Assembly: GCA_965221165.1 (NCBI GenBank)
Contig: CBDCRP010000003.1
Span: 448,001-512,000 of the forward strand
Source of the DNA: a bacterium
GTDB taxonomy: Bacteria; UBA8248
DNA length: 64,000 nt
Reading direction: 5' to 3'
In this document: positions 11,352 to 20,601 of the stretch, in pieces
Layout of the letters: each line of letters begins with the position of its first letter
Position numbering within the stretch: position 1 is the stretch's first letter
Notes under the pieces: generated by a model
Told to the model about the DNA's origin: nothing
What the model saw: the letters and a program-made list of their open reading frames with translations, nothing else
Database searches by the model: none
Translations under genes and position numbers: made by a program

Positions 11352-12128
11352 ATGCCCAACCGCGCCAGAGACCACGTCGTACTCGTTTTTTTCTGTTTGG
11401 CTTGTTTGCTCCTCGTCCTGAGCGCTTGCGCCGTCTCGCGTCCCAAGCAGCAGACCTCGCCCGGTGAATTGCTGGTCATCGGCGAGGAGGACCTGCGAGC
11501 CGAGCGCTTCGAGGCGGCGCGCCTTGCATTCAAGCGCCTGCTGGATGAGTACCCCGACAGCAAACACCGGCGAACTGCACTCTTGCGCCTCGCGGATTCA
11601 TACTACCATGGGGAAGAGTACATCGAATCGAAGTTGCAATACTCCGAATACGTGCGCTTTTATCCTGTGAGCGCCGGAACCCCGAAAGCGTATTATTTCC
11701 TCGCCATGAGCGATTATCGGCGAAACCTGGAAATCGATCAGGATGCAACCGTTGCGAGGGATGCGCTCAGGAATTTTCAAACCCTCATACGTCGTTTCCC
11801 TGGTTCGGAGTACACCGCCGATGCGAAACGGAAGATATTGGAGTTGAGAGAACACCTCGCCAAAAACGCCCTATTCATCGCAAATTTTTACTTCCGAACA
11901 CACCTGCGCGTCTCCGCGATTCCGCGCTATAAAGAAATTATTCAAGATTTCAAAGATGTCTCCCACGTTCGCGCCGAAGCCATGTACAAGTTGGGGGAAA
12001 GCTACAGGATAGAGCAGAGTTTCAAGAAAGCGGGAGAGGCCTATCGTTCACTTCTGGAGTCGTATCCCGATAATCGGTTTGCCCCACCGGCATACGACAG
12101 GCTCCTCGCGCTCACGGGCAAGAAATGA
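11352..12128 (+). CDS. bamD: Outer membrane protein assembly factor BamD
   Basis: Lipobox LSAC, TPR-like repeats, DQ..A..A...F..L..RFP.S.Y..DA pattern. Confidence 0.85.
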   Translation: MPNRARDHVVLVFFCLACLLLVLSACAVSRPKQQTSPGELLVIGEEDLRAERFEAARLAFKRLLDEYPDSKHRRTALLRLADSYYHGEEYIESKLQYSEYVRFYPVSAGTPKAYYFLAMSDYRRNLEIDQDATVARDALRNFQTLIRRFPGSEYTADAKRKILELREHLAKNALFIANFYFRTHLRVSAIPRYKEIIQDFKDVSHVRAEAMYKLGESYRIEQSFKKAGEAYRSLLESYPDNRFAPPAYDRLLALTGKK

Positions 12129-12179
12129 TTTCCCGAACCATTTCTCCAAACGATCCGGCCGCATGCGGGTAAACTTTAG

Positions 12180-13169
12180 ATGACTGAGCCGAACGAAGGC
12201 GGGTCCGAAGACAGAAATGTACCTGCCGGGCACGGCGATGTTCCCGAGACGAAAGAAACGGATTCCTCTCCTGTAAACGAAACAGACGATGCGCCCGCAT
12301 TTTCCGATTCGTCGGGCGGTTCTGACGAGCGCGCATCCGATTCCGCCTCCATGGATACATTATCCCTCTATATGAGGGGCATCGGCGCCCACCCCATTCT
12401 CACACGCGAAGAAGAGCACGCGCTCGCCCTTTCGGCGAAAGACGGGGATGAGAAGGCGTTCAACAAACTCGTTCGCTCGAATTTAAGGTACGTCGTCAGC
12501 GTGGCAAAGCGATACAAAAGCCTCGGTCTTTCACTGGAGGATTTGATAAATGAGGGCAACATCGGGCTGATCAACGCAATCAAGCGCTTCGAACCGGAAC
12601 GCGGCGTGAAACTCATCACCTACGCCGTATGGTGGATTCGCCAAAGCATCATGCACGCGCTGGCCGATCAGAGGAGCACCGTCCGCCTTCCCGTTAAACA
12701 GGCCGGCCTTCTGCATAAAATCTCCATCACGTACGAAAAACTCCGCCAGGAGTTCAAGCGTGAACCAACCACTTCCGAACTGTCCGAACGATTGGAAATG
12801 AAAGTAGCGGACATCGAGAAACTCGTCCGCGCCAACCGGAACTATCTTTCCCTCGACGCCACAATCTCCCCCGACGATGACACCAGCTATCTCGATTTGC
12901 TCGAAGAGCAAAGCGCCGTATCCGTGGAAGAAAACGTGGTGCAGCACTCTCTCGAAGAGGAGGTGGAGGACCTGCTCGCGGAACTCGACCCCCGGGAGCG
13001 CGACATCATTCGCATGCGCTATGGCTTTGATGGAGAAGCCATGACGCTCGAGGAAATCGGACACAAACTCGGCCTATCGCGCGAAAGGATCAGGCAGATA
13101 GAAAAAAAAGTGATCAACCGCTTTCGCGCCCATGCCAACAACCAGACGCTGCATGATTTTTTGAGTTGA
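12180..13169 (+). CDS. RNA polymerase sigma-70 family factor (RpoD/RpoS-like, lacking region 1.1)
   Basis: LVRSNLRYVVSVAKRY, DLINEGNIGL, TYAVWWIRQ, TLEEIG..LGLSRERIRQIE. Confidence 0.92.
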   Translation: MTEPNEGGSEDRNVPAGHGDVPETKETDSSPVNETDDAPAFSDSSGGSDERASDSASMDTLSLYMRGIGAHPILTREEEHALALSAKDGDEKAFNKLVRSNLRYVVSVAKRYKSLGLSLEDLINEGNIGLINAIKRFEPERGVKLITYAVWWIRQSIMHALADQRSTVRLPVKQAGLLHKISITYEKLRQEFKREPTTSELSERLEMKVADIEKLVRANRNYLSLDATISPDDDTSYLDLLEEQSAVSVEENVVQHSLEEEVEDLLAELDPRERDIIRMRYGFDGEAMTLEEIGHKLGLSRERIRQIEKKVINRFRAHANNQTLHDFLS

Positions 13170-13780
13170 CCATGTCCAAAGCGAAACCAGAAGACCCGGG
13201 CCCTCCTCCCGCAGGCTGGCGCGAGGCCACCTCGCGCCTCATCGCGAGCGGAACCGGAAAAAAATTTACGCTCGCCAACAGCCTCACTTTCGCCCGCATC
13301 CTTATGGTTCCATTGCTCGTCATGTTTCTACTCGAGGGCTCGCCCCCCGCACAATACTTCGCGGCCGGCTTGTTCATCATGGCCGCCTTCACGGACTGGC
13401 TCGACGGCCACCTGGCCAGAACACGCGACCAGATTACCCCATTGGGCGAGATTCTCGACCCCGTGGCCGACAAACTGCTCATACTCGCCGCCTTGATACC
13501 CCTGGTCTCGCTGGACAGAGTGGACGCCTGGGTCGTGGGAATACTTTTGGGCCGGGAGCTTTTGGTGACGGCCATTCGGGCAGTGGCCATGCGTCAAGGC
13601 CTGGTGGTGCCTGCAGGCTTTCTCGGCAAAATCAAGATGGGCCTGGAAGTCGCGGCCATTTTTTTCCTCATCCTGGGCTTGTTCCCGCCCCTGGGCACCA
13701 TTTTGATTTGGGCCGCCATGATAGCGGCGGTGATCTCGGCGGTTGACTATTTCCGGCAAATCATCCAGGCCGTCTCTTGA
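13166..13780 (+). CDS. pgsA: CDP-diacylglycerol--glycerol-3-phosphate 3-phosphatidyltransferase
   Basis: ANSLTFARI, TDWLDGHLAR..Q.T.LG..LDPVADK CDP-alcohol motif, GKIK. Confidence 0.92.
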   Translation: MTMSKAKPEDPGPPPAGWREATSRLIASGTGKKFTLANSLTFARILMVPLLVMFLLEGSPPAQYFAAGLFIMAAFTDWLDGHLARTRDQITPLGEILDPVADKLLILAALIPLVSLDRVDAWVVGILLGRELLVTAIRAVAMRQGLVVPAGFLGKIKMGLEVAAIFFLILGLFPPLGTILIWAAMIAAVISAVDYFRQIIQAVS

Positions 13781-14385
13781 TTCCCGCACTCTTGCTCGTC
13801 ATCCTGGTCGGCGGGTTTCTGGGCGCCGTTCCCTTCGGCGTGGTGATCACCCGATTGCTCGGCGCCGATGACCCGCGAAAATCAGGAAGCGGCAACATCG
13901 GCGCAACGAACGTCTTGCGGACGAGCGGATGGAAAAGCGGAATACTCACCCTGCTGCTGGATGTTCTCAAAGGCGTCGCGGCCATTCTTTTCGCTCGCTA
14001 TGTGGCCTCGCGCATCGCCTCTCCGGACCTGGAACCCGTCGCCGCTCTCGCGGCGGTGCTCGGTCACATGTATTCGCCGTTCACGGGGTTTCGCGGGGGC
14101 AAAGGCGTGGCCACCGGACTGGGAGTTTTCGCCCTCTTGACGCCGGGACCAACGGTTCTCGCCGCGCTCGTCTTCATCCTCGTCGTGGCCGCGACGCGAT
14201 ACGTCTCTCTCGGCTCCATCCTCGCCGCGGCGACGGTGCCGCTCGCAGGCTTTTGGATGAACTACCCCGAAGCGGTATACACCGTATCCGGCCTGATCTC
14301 CTTGTTCGTGATCTGGAAACATCAGGACAACATCGGACGATTGATGCGCGGGGAGGAGAATCGCATCGGAGGGAAAAAAGAGTGA
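13777..14385 (+). CDS. plsY: Glycerol-3-phosphate 1-O-acyltransferase PlsY
   Basis: GSGNIGATNVLR, DVLKG, FRGGKGVAT, KH..NI.RL..GEE. Confidence 0.95.
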   Translation: MIPALLLVILVGGFLGAVPFGVVITRLLGADDPRKSGSGNIGATNVLRTSGWKSGILTLLLDVLKGVAAILFARYVASRIASPDLEPVAALAAVLGHMYSPFTGFRGGKGVATGLGVFALLTPGPTVLAALVFILVVAATRYVSLGSILAAATVPLAGFWMNYPEAVYTVSGLISLFVIWKHQDNIGRLMRGEENRIGGKKE

Positions 14386-14455
14386 GGCTTCCTTGAAGAC
14401 GACGGGACATCCGATAACCGCGAATCATCAGCGTTCTTGAATTATTGGAGAAAAA

Positions 14456-14821
14456 ATGCTCACGGGTTGTTCCCCGGTTTTTCTTCTCGTCATCCTGGGC
14501 GTGGGAATCGGGAGCTGGATGTTTGGAGAGCACACCGCCGCCCGAATCACGGGGCTTCTGGCGATAACCGTCTTTCTCGCCTACTTCGCCCTCTTGAACT
14601 GGACGGCGCAAAACCGCCAAAAACAAGAAACCGGCGCCGCGCAGGAGAAGGATTTGTATCAGGAAATCACCGGCCCGCACGACGAGGGGACGCGCAGGGA
14701 GCGATTCACCGAAGACGACAAGGCGGAATGGCAAACCTATCTCAAAACAGAGGGGAAGATTCTCTGGTTCGGCGTGGCGGGACTTCTTCTGGCGCTGCTT
14801 TACATGACGCTGAAAAACTGA
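14456..14821 (+). CDS. Hypothetical small membrane protein
   Basis: Three hydrophobic segments around a charged loop; co-oriented and fills the gap after plsY. Confidence 0.55.
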   Translation: MLTGCSPVFLLVILGVGIGSWMFGEHTAARITGLLAITVFLAYFALLNWTAQNRQKQETGAAQEKDLYQEITGPHDEGTRRERFTEDDKAEWQTYLKTEGKILWFGVAGLLLALLYMTLKN

Positions 14822-14853
14822 ATTCCCGATCCACGTGAATACATCATGAAATT

Positions 14854-15960
14854 CTATCCGAAAAACCGGATCACGCTATCCGCCACGATATCGAGGTCGG
14901 CATCCGGCAATTCGGGATAGACGGGAAGCGACAAAACCCGGGCCGCCACGGCCTCGCTCTCCGGAAAGTCTCCTTTTTGATACCCATCGAAGCAGGGATG
15001 CAGATGCAGGGGAGTGGGATAATACACGGCGCAACCAATGCCGTTTCGCAATAAATGTTCTTTCAAAGCGTCCCGCTCGGGCGTGCGAACCACGTATTGG
15101 TGAAACACATGTCCCTCGCCCGGAATCGAGGGAGGTGTGAGGCGCTCCCCGATGATGCCGCCGGCCTCGAATCTTTCCTGGTATTTCCGCGCGTTTTGGC
15201 GCCTCTTTGCGTTCCACTCCTCCAAGCGCTTTAGTTTGAGGGACAAAACCGCCGCCTGCATCGTGTCCATCCTGAAATTTCCGCCTACCTCGGAATACCC
15301 GGAATTATCGAGCGAGCCGTGAACCCTGAGCCTGCGCACCCGCTCGGCCCGCGCGCCGTCTTTGGCCAGGACCATGCCGGCGTCGCCGAGCGCGCTCAGG
15401 TTTTTCGTGGGATAAAACGAGAGACAGCCCACATCCCCCATCGCCCCGGCCACGCCCAGATTCATCCGCGCGCCGACGGCCTGGGCGGCGTCTTCCACCA
15501 CGAAGAGCCGGTGGCGTTCGGCTATTTCGAGAATCTGCGCCATCTCGGCGCAGCGGCCGTACATATGAACGGGAATGATGCCTCTCGTAGCCGGCGTAAC
15601 GGCCTCTTCCACCCGCTCGGGCGCGAGATTGAAGCTATCGGGGTCGATATCCACGAAGGCGGGTCTGGCGCCCAGGCGATGGATGACGCCCGCAGTGGCG
15701 AAAAACGTGAACGCAGACGTTATGATTTCATCACCCGGCCGCACGTCGTTCGCCATGAGCGCCAACAGCAGGGCGTCCGTGCCCGAGGAGACGGCGACGG
15801 CGTGCCCGGCGCCGCAATAGGCCGCCATCCCGGACTCGAATGCGCCGATCTCCTCACCCATGACGAACCTTTGGTGGCCCATCACGTTTTCGATTGCCGC
15901 CGAAATCTCGGCTTTCAGCGGCCCGTTTTGTGCTTTCAAATCATAAAGAGGTATGCGCAT
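14854..15960 (-). CDS. DegT/DnrJ/EryC1/StrS family PLP-dependent aminotransferase
   Basis: SSGTDAL, PVHMYG, EDAAQA, SFYPTKNL (PLP lysine), LSLPVYP. Confidence 0.93.
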   Translation of the reverse strand: MRIPLYDLKAQNGPLKAEISAAIENVMGHQRFVMGEEIGAFESGMAAYCGAGHAVAVSSGTDALLLALMANDVRPGDEIITSAFTFFATAGVIHRLGARPAFVDIDPDSFNLAPERVEEAVTPATRGIIPVHMYGRCAEMAQILEIAERHRLFVVEDAAQAVGARMNLGVAGAMGDVGCLSFYPTKNLSALGDAGMVLAKDGARAERVRRLRVHGSLDNSGYSEVGGNFRMDTMQAAVLSLKLKRLEEWNAKRRQNARKYQERFEAGGIIGERLTPPSIPGEGHVFHQYVVRTPERDALKEHLLRNGIGCAVYYPTPLHLHPCFDGYQKGDFPESEAVAARVLSLPVYPELPDADLDIVADSVIRFFG

Positions 15961-16254
15961 AAAGACTTTCCGGCCTTATCGGGCTTCCTATGGGGAAAAT
16001 TCAAATCGGTGCCGGAGCAAAAGCAAATTTACAATATAACCTATTGTATTTATTTATTTTATATTTTCAATCCCTCTCATTTTCCCGCGCCGGCTCACGC
16101 TCGCAACACGGGAATATACGGGGCCTATTCATACCCCAGCAACCCGCTTTTCGCAAGGCTCGGTTACCTGAGCGCGCACCGCTTGGCCGCAGGGGCCGCC
16201 TCGTCATTCCGGCCTCACGCCCGGCCGGGAAAGGAAGGTTTGCCGAGGAGGTTC

Positions 16255-16329
16255 TAGGGGCGATCCTTCCTCGGGACCGCCCCACGCATACATGCGGCCC
16301 ATGTATTGGGGGCGCGGGACGCATATATG
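16255..16329. repeat. GTAG-type REP/REPIN-like palindrome pair
   Basis: CTAGGGGCGATCC..GGACCGCCCC ... GGGACGCATATATGCGTCCCCTAC. The internal 34 nt CCCACGCATACATGCGGCCCATGTATTGGGGGCG recurs inverted at about 58331-58364. Confidence 0.7.
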
Positions 16330-16570
16330 CGTCCCCTACGCGCGATACCCCCCTCCTCGGTCGGGATTGATCCCCCGTATTCTCCCTGACGATATATGGT
16401 GCGGGCGGACACGCAGGTCTGTGGAGCGGCCCCGAGGAGGGAGGCCTGCGTCTTCATTCTTGTGGCGCAAAAGCGGGCGGACACAAAGGTCTGTGGGGCA
16501 GTCCCGAGGAGGGACTGCCACTACGGAACAATCCACGACACTCCCGTGAGCGAAGAGAAAGGGTTCATCC

Positions 16571-16876
16571 GCGCATCTGCCCGCATTTGCCGTCATGGCG
16601 GGGGCCTGAGCGCGTGGCAAGATGGAGCGCACCGGGCGGTGTGATGGTGAATAAGTGAAAATATCTGGAAAAAAGGTGAAAAATAGCGAAAAAAGGTGAA
16701 AATATCTGAAAATTTAAATCGTTGATAAATAAGGGGTTTTCTGTCTTTTTCACCCCTGGGAGGCTAAGGGGGGGGGCTTTCGGGCCATGCGGTTTTTTTC
16801 AAACGTTTTCAGGAAAATCACACCTTCGAGAGAGGCATGCCATGTTCTTATATGCTTCGAGAAACCGCCAGGAACG
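16571..16876 (+). repeat. Dispersed ~300-bp A-tract/G9 element, copy A
   Basis: Collinear conserved blocks shared with the reverse complement of 57872-58208. Confidence 0.8.
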
Positions 16877-16891
16877 AGCGAGGGGGTGTGA

Positions 16892-16978
16892 TGGTGCCGG
16901 AGGCCGGACTCGAACCGGCAAGGGGTTGCCCCCGGTGGATTTTGAGTCCACTGCGTCTACCAATTCCGCCACTCCGGC
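16892..16978 (-). tRNA. tRNA-Leu(CAA)
   Basis: GCCGGAG acceptor stem, GGAATTGGTAGAC D-arm, GTGGA-CTCAAAA-TCCAC anticodon arm, long variable arm, GGTTCGAGTCC T-arm, encoded CCA; 87 nt. Confidence 0.97.
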
Positions 16979-16991
16979 AGAAAGAGCGTGT

Positions 16992-17021
16992 AACTTAGCC
17001 TCTCCTCATACCTTCTGGCAA
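16992..17021 (-). promoter_or_regulatory. Candidate sigma-70 promoter for tRNA-Leu
   Basis: TTGCCA-N18-TAAGTT ending 13 nt before the tRNA 5' end. Confidence 0.35.
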
Positions 17022-17053
17022 GATGCGTCTCGTATTTTTCCCATACGCGAGAT

Positions 17054-17332
17054 TCATCCATCATATTCCGCCCAGTTCGACGCAGAAACCTCCTGCGCTT
17101 CGACTCGCCAGGAGACGGAATCCTCGCACTCGGGGCACAAAACGATAAAGCGCCCCTCTGGTTCTTCTTCCATCTCGTCGCGGAACACCTTGAGGCAGTT
17201 GCGGCAATGCACACGGCCGCAGGCGGTACACGCATTGGGATGCGCATGCCGGAATCGCAAGCCGCATGCGGGGCATTCATGGGTTTCCACATCTTCCCCT
17301 TCATCTGCATCGCCGCGCAAACACGCTTTCAT
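17054..17332 (-). CDS. Small Cys8 double zinc-finger protein (FYVE-like spacing)
   Basis: Four CxxC pairs: CPAC, CTAC, CRNC, CPEC. Confidence 0.65.
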   Translation of the reverse strand: MKACLRGDADEGEDVETHECPACGLRFRHAHPNACTACGRVHCRNCLKVFRDEMEEEPEGRFIVLCPECEDSVSWRVEAQEVSASNWAEYDG

Positions 17333-17418
17333 GGCGGCGTTTTCTGATATTTGCTACATTTCGGTTGAACCCGAAACCATCAAACTCGCCTCGTCTTTTT
17401 TGGAAGGATGAATATATC

Positions 17419-18192
17419 ATGATAATCGACACGGACCGCCTGGATGATTACGACATCATCGATTTGAGCCACCCCTGGGGGCATGGCGCCCCGCTTTGGC
17501 CCTACTTTCCGGATCTCAAGATCGAAAGATTTCACTATCACGCCAAAAGCCAGGTGCTGAGCCAGCAAATCACCACCTTCATGCACTGCACCACCCACAC
17601 CGACGCTCCGGCGCACGTCATCGAGGGCATGCCGTTCATGGATCAGGTGCCGCTGGAAAGCTATTTCGGCAACGCCGTCTGCGTCGATATCCCCAAGGAA
17701 GAATGGGAAGTCATTACGCCCGAGGACCTCGAAAACGCAAAACCGGAGATTCGGCCAGGCGACATCGTCATCGTGCATACCGGGTGGCACCATTATTACG
17801 GCGACAACACCAAATATTTCATCTACTCCCCCGGCCTTTACCAAGAGGCGGGCGAATGGTTCGTGGAACGCGGCGTGAAGGGAGTGGGCGTAGACCAGCA
17901 GGCGCTCGATCATCCGCTGGGGACGAAAATAGCCTGGGGACCTCAGCCCATCTGCCCGTTCACCCTCGATGAATACGAAAACCGCTTCGGGCGCCCCACG
18001 AGCGAGGCTTTCCCCGATTGGGAGCCCTGCCACCGGGCGCTTCTGGGGAATGGAATCGTCGGTTTCGAGAACGTGGGTGGAGACATCGACAAGGTCGTGG
18101 GCAAACGATTCGCGCTGGCCGCATTTCCCTGGCGCTGGACGGGCGGCGACGGCTGTATCGTGAGGATGGTCGCGTTTTTACCGAAAAACTAG
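17419..18192 (+). CDS. Cyclase family protein (kynurenine formamidase-like metallohydrolase)
   Basis: IIDLSHP, HCTTHTDAPAH (HxGTHxDxPxH variant), GDIVIVHTGW, H..LLG, GDGC..R; ATG at 17419. Confidence 0.88.
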   Translation: MIIDTDRLDDYDIIDLSHPWGHGAPLWPYFPDLKIERFHYHAKSQVLSQQITTFMHCTTHTDAPAHVIEGMPFMDQVPLESYFGNAVCVDIPKEEWEVITPEDLENAKPEIRPGDIVIVHTGWHHYYGDNTKYFIYSPGLYQEAGEWFVERGVKGVGVDQQALDHPLGTKIAWGPQPICPFTLDEYENRFGRPTSEAFPDWEPCHRALLGNGIVGFENVGGDIDKVVGKRFALAAFPWRWTGGDGCIVRMVAFLPKN

Positions 18193-18521
18193 CCCGCAGC
18201 TACCGGTTCGGGTTTTTTCTTGTTGGTCTGCTTCGAGGTTGATTCACTCTTGGCCGCCGTCTCTTTCTTTTCAGAGGATTTACTATCTGATTTCGAATCG
18301 GAAGCGGTGCTCTGAGAGTCCGCCTCTTTGCTCTTGCCGTTCGAGGCGTAATCCGTTACATACCAGCCGTCGCCTTTCAGGTGGAAGGCGGAGCGGGAGA
18401 TTTTGCGCCTGAGTCTGAGCGCGCCGCAACTCGGGCATTTCCGGAGAGCGCTGGCCCCCATTTTCTGAATAACTTCGTGCTCATCTCCACATGCGCTGCA
18501 TTCATATTCGTAAATCGGCAC
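18189..18521 (-). CDS. FmdB family zinc-ribbon protein
   Basis: MPIYEYECSACG, CPSCG, FHLKGDGWYVTDY, Ser/Lys-rich tail. Confidence 0.9.
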   Translation of the reverse strand: MPIYEYECSACGDEHEVIQKMGASALRKCPSCGALRLRRKISRSAFHLKGDGWYVTDYASNGKSKEADSQSTASDSKSDSKSSEKKETAAKSESTSKQTNKKKPEPVAAG

Positions 18522-18540
18522 TTCGAATTTCTCCTCGTCG

Positions 18541-19454
18541 TTAAATAAACGTCAGCCAATCGAGCTTGCTCTCATCGCGCCCGTTCACGATCTCAAAGAA
18601 TGCGGATTGAATTCTCTTGGTCACCGGGCCGGGTTCTCCCGCGCCGATGGTCCTGTCGTCCACCTCCCGAATGGGGGTCACCTCGGCCGCCGTGCCGGTG
18701 AAGAAGGCCTCGTCCGCCACATAGACTTCATCTCGGGCGAAGGGAGCGACCTGCACTTCTACGCCCTGCTCATCAGCGAGCTGCACGATAGTGTCGCGCG
18801 TAATTCCCGCCAGCACGCCATGCAGCGGCGGTGTTTTGAGCACGCCGTCTCGAACGATAAAAATGTTCTCGCCCGAACCTTGGGTCACTAAACCCTCCGG
18901 GTCCAGCATGAGCGCCTCATCATATCCCGAACCCACGGCTTCGAGCTTCGCCATCTGGCTGACGGCGTAGTTGCCCGTGGTTTTCGCCTTGGTCATATAG
19001 CTGTTCGGGTGATGAGACGTAAAGGATGAAACCTTGACGCGAATACCTTTCGCCAACCCCTCCTCGCCCAGATACGCCCCCCAGCTCCAGACGCTACCAT
19101 CGCATGAGTGGGCGCCCCTTTGGGGTTCACCCCCATGGACCCGTAACCGAGCCAGATGAGCGGGCGGATGTAGCAAGCCTTCATATCGTTGGAGCGAATC
19201 GTCTCCAGCACCGCCTCGGTGAAGTCATCCTGCGTGACGGGCACGTCCAGACCCACAATCTGCGCGGAATCATAGAGCCTCCGCATGTGTTCTTCCAGGC
19301 GGAAAACGGCGGAGCCACGCTCGGTCTGATAGCAGCGAATCCCCTCGAATACCCCCAATCCGTAGTGCAGCGAATGCGTAAGGACATGAATTTTAGCTTC
19401 ATCCCAGGGAACGAATTTCCCGTCCATCCATATTTTTTCTGTTGCGCCTTCCAA
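18541..19454 (-). pseudogene. ilvE: Branched-chain amino acid aminotransferase interrupted by a 1-nt frameshift (real lesion or sequence error)
   Basis: N-half (IWMDG, SLHYGLGVFEGIR, YIRP) and C-half (WGAYLG, AKTTGNY, GSGENIF, GITR, TGTAAEVTP) are in different frames; the switch is near 19092. Confidence 0.85.
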
Positions 19455-19582
19455 AAAAACATCCTCCAGCACTGTGGGATTGTGAGACCCGGAGTTTCGG
19501 ACAACCGCGCAAGTATAGTGATTCGATACGGATGGGCGCAAGCCTCCGAGACAAATAAATCATGCGCAATTTCCGGTCAAAA

Positions 19583-20566
19583 TCAGCCTTCGTACACCTC
19601 GGGGTTGAGCAGGGTCGCGGGATTCACCCGCTCTCCTCTCAATGCGGCCAGCACGTTCTCGCCGGCCAGCCGGTTCACACGCTCGCGCGCCTCGTGGCTC
19701 GCGCCGGCGAAGTGCGGCGTCACCACGGCATTCGGAAGTCCGAAAAGCGGATTGTCCGAATCCGGGGGTTCCTCCTCGAAAACATCGAGGCCCGCCGAGG
19801 CGATTTCGCCTTCCCTGAGCGCGTGGGCCAGTGCCGTCTCATCGATAATCGCCCCACGCGCGCAGTTCACGAGCACCGCCGATTTTTTCATCATCTGAAA
19901 CCTTTTGGCATCGAACATATGGCGCGTCTCGGGCGTCAGACTGCAATGAAGCGATATGAAATCAGACTGGCTAGTCAACTTATCCAAATCCACCGGTTCC
20001 ACACCCGCTTCTCGTATTGCCTCATCACCCACGAACGCGTCATACGCCATGATGCGACCCTGAAAACCGGACAGGAGCCGGGCCAGTTCCCGCCCGATGT
20101 TCCCGAAACCGACGATGCCGAACGTCGCCCCGCTCATCTCGTTGGCAATCCAGATGCCCTCGCGCCATCCCCCTTTTCTCAGCTTTTCCATCCCCTGGGG
20201 AATACGTCGGCTCGCGGCCAGCATCAGGCCCAGACCCGCTTCCGCCACGGCGACGGCATTCGCACCCGGGCAGTTCGTGACCGGAATTTTTCGCCTCGTC
20301 GCCGCGGGAATATCGATATTCTCCACCCCAACGCCAATCTTGGCGATAAGCTTCAGGCGAGTCGCGGCCTCGATTACCCGTTCGGTAATTTGCTCTCTTG
20401 AGGTCACCAGCAGGGCGTCCCATCCATGGGCATCACGCACCAATTCGTCTTCCGACCATTTTTGATGACCGCCGTCGCGGAACTCACCATGCGGCTCCAG
20501 CATGCTTCGCAACGATTCGATGGGCGCGCGCGGCTCCGGCACGAAAATAACGACGTTCTGGCTCAA
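19583..20566 (-). CDS. D-2-hydroxyacid dehydrogenase (SerA-like, no ACT domain)
   Basis: GIVGFGNIG, DFISLH, VNCARG, LDVFEEEP, TPHFAG. Confidence 0.9.
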   Translation of the reverse strand: MSQNVVIFVPEPRAPIESLRSMLEPHGEFRDGGHQKWSEDELVRDAHGWDALLVTSREQITERVIEAATRLKLIAKIGVGVENIDIPAATRRKIPVTNCPGANAVAVAEAGLGLMLAASRRIPQGMEKLRKGGWREGIWIANEMSGATFGIVGFGNIGRELARLLSGFQGRIMAYDAFVGDEAIREAGVEPVDLDKLTSQSDFISLHCSLTPETRHMFDAKRFQMMKKSAVLVNCARGAIIDETALAHALREGEIASAGLDVFEEEPPDSDNPLFGLPNAVVTPHFAGASHEARERVNRLAGENVLAALRGERVNPATLLNPEVYEG

Positions 20567-20601
20567 AAACCACCCTCCATTCAGACCACCTCGCCAATCA
20601 G

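Noticed and set aside
16000-16978. Integrative island at tRNA-Leu
   Set aside because: No integrase and no duplicated tRNA 3' end found in the window, and the flanking genes are housekeeping.
15990-17411. Short ORFs over the repeat regions (also 32.4-33.0, 36.8-37.2 and 58.0-59.3 kb)
   Set aside because: They are translations of palindromic repeats or run through the tRNA, and have no protein motifs.
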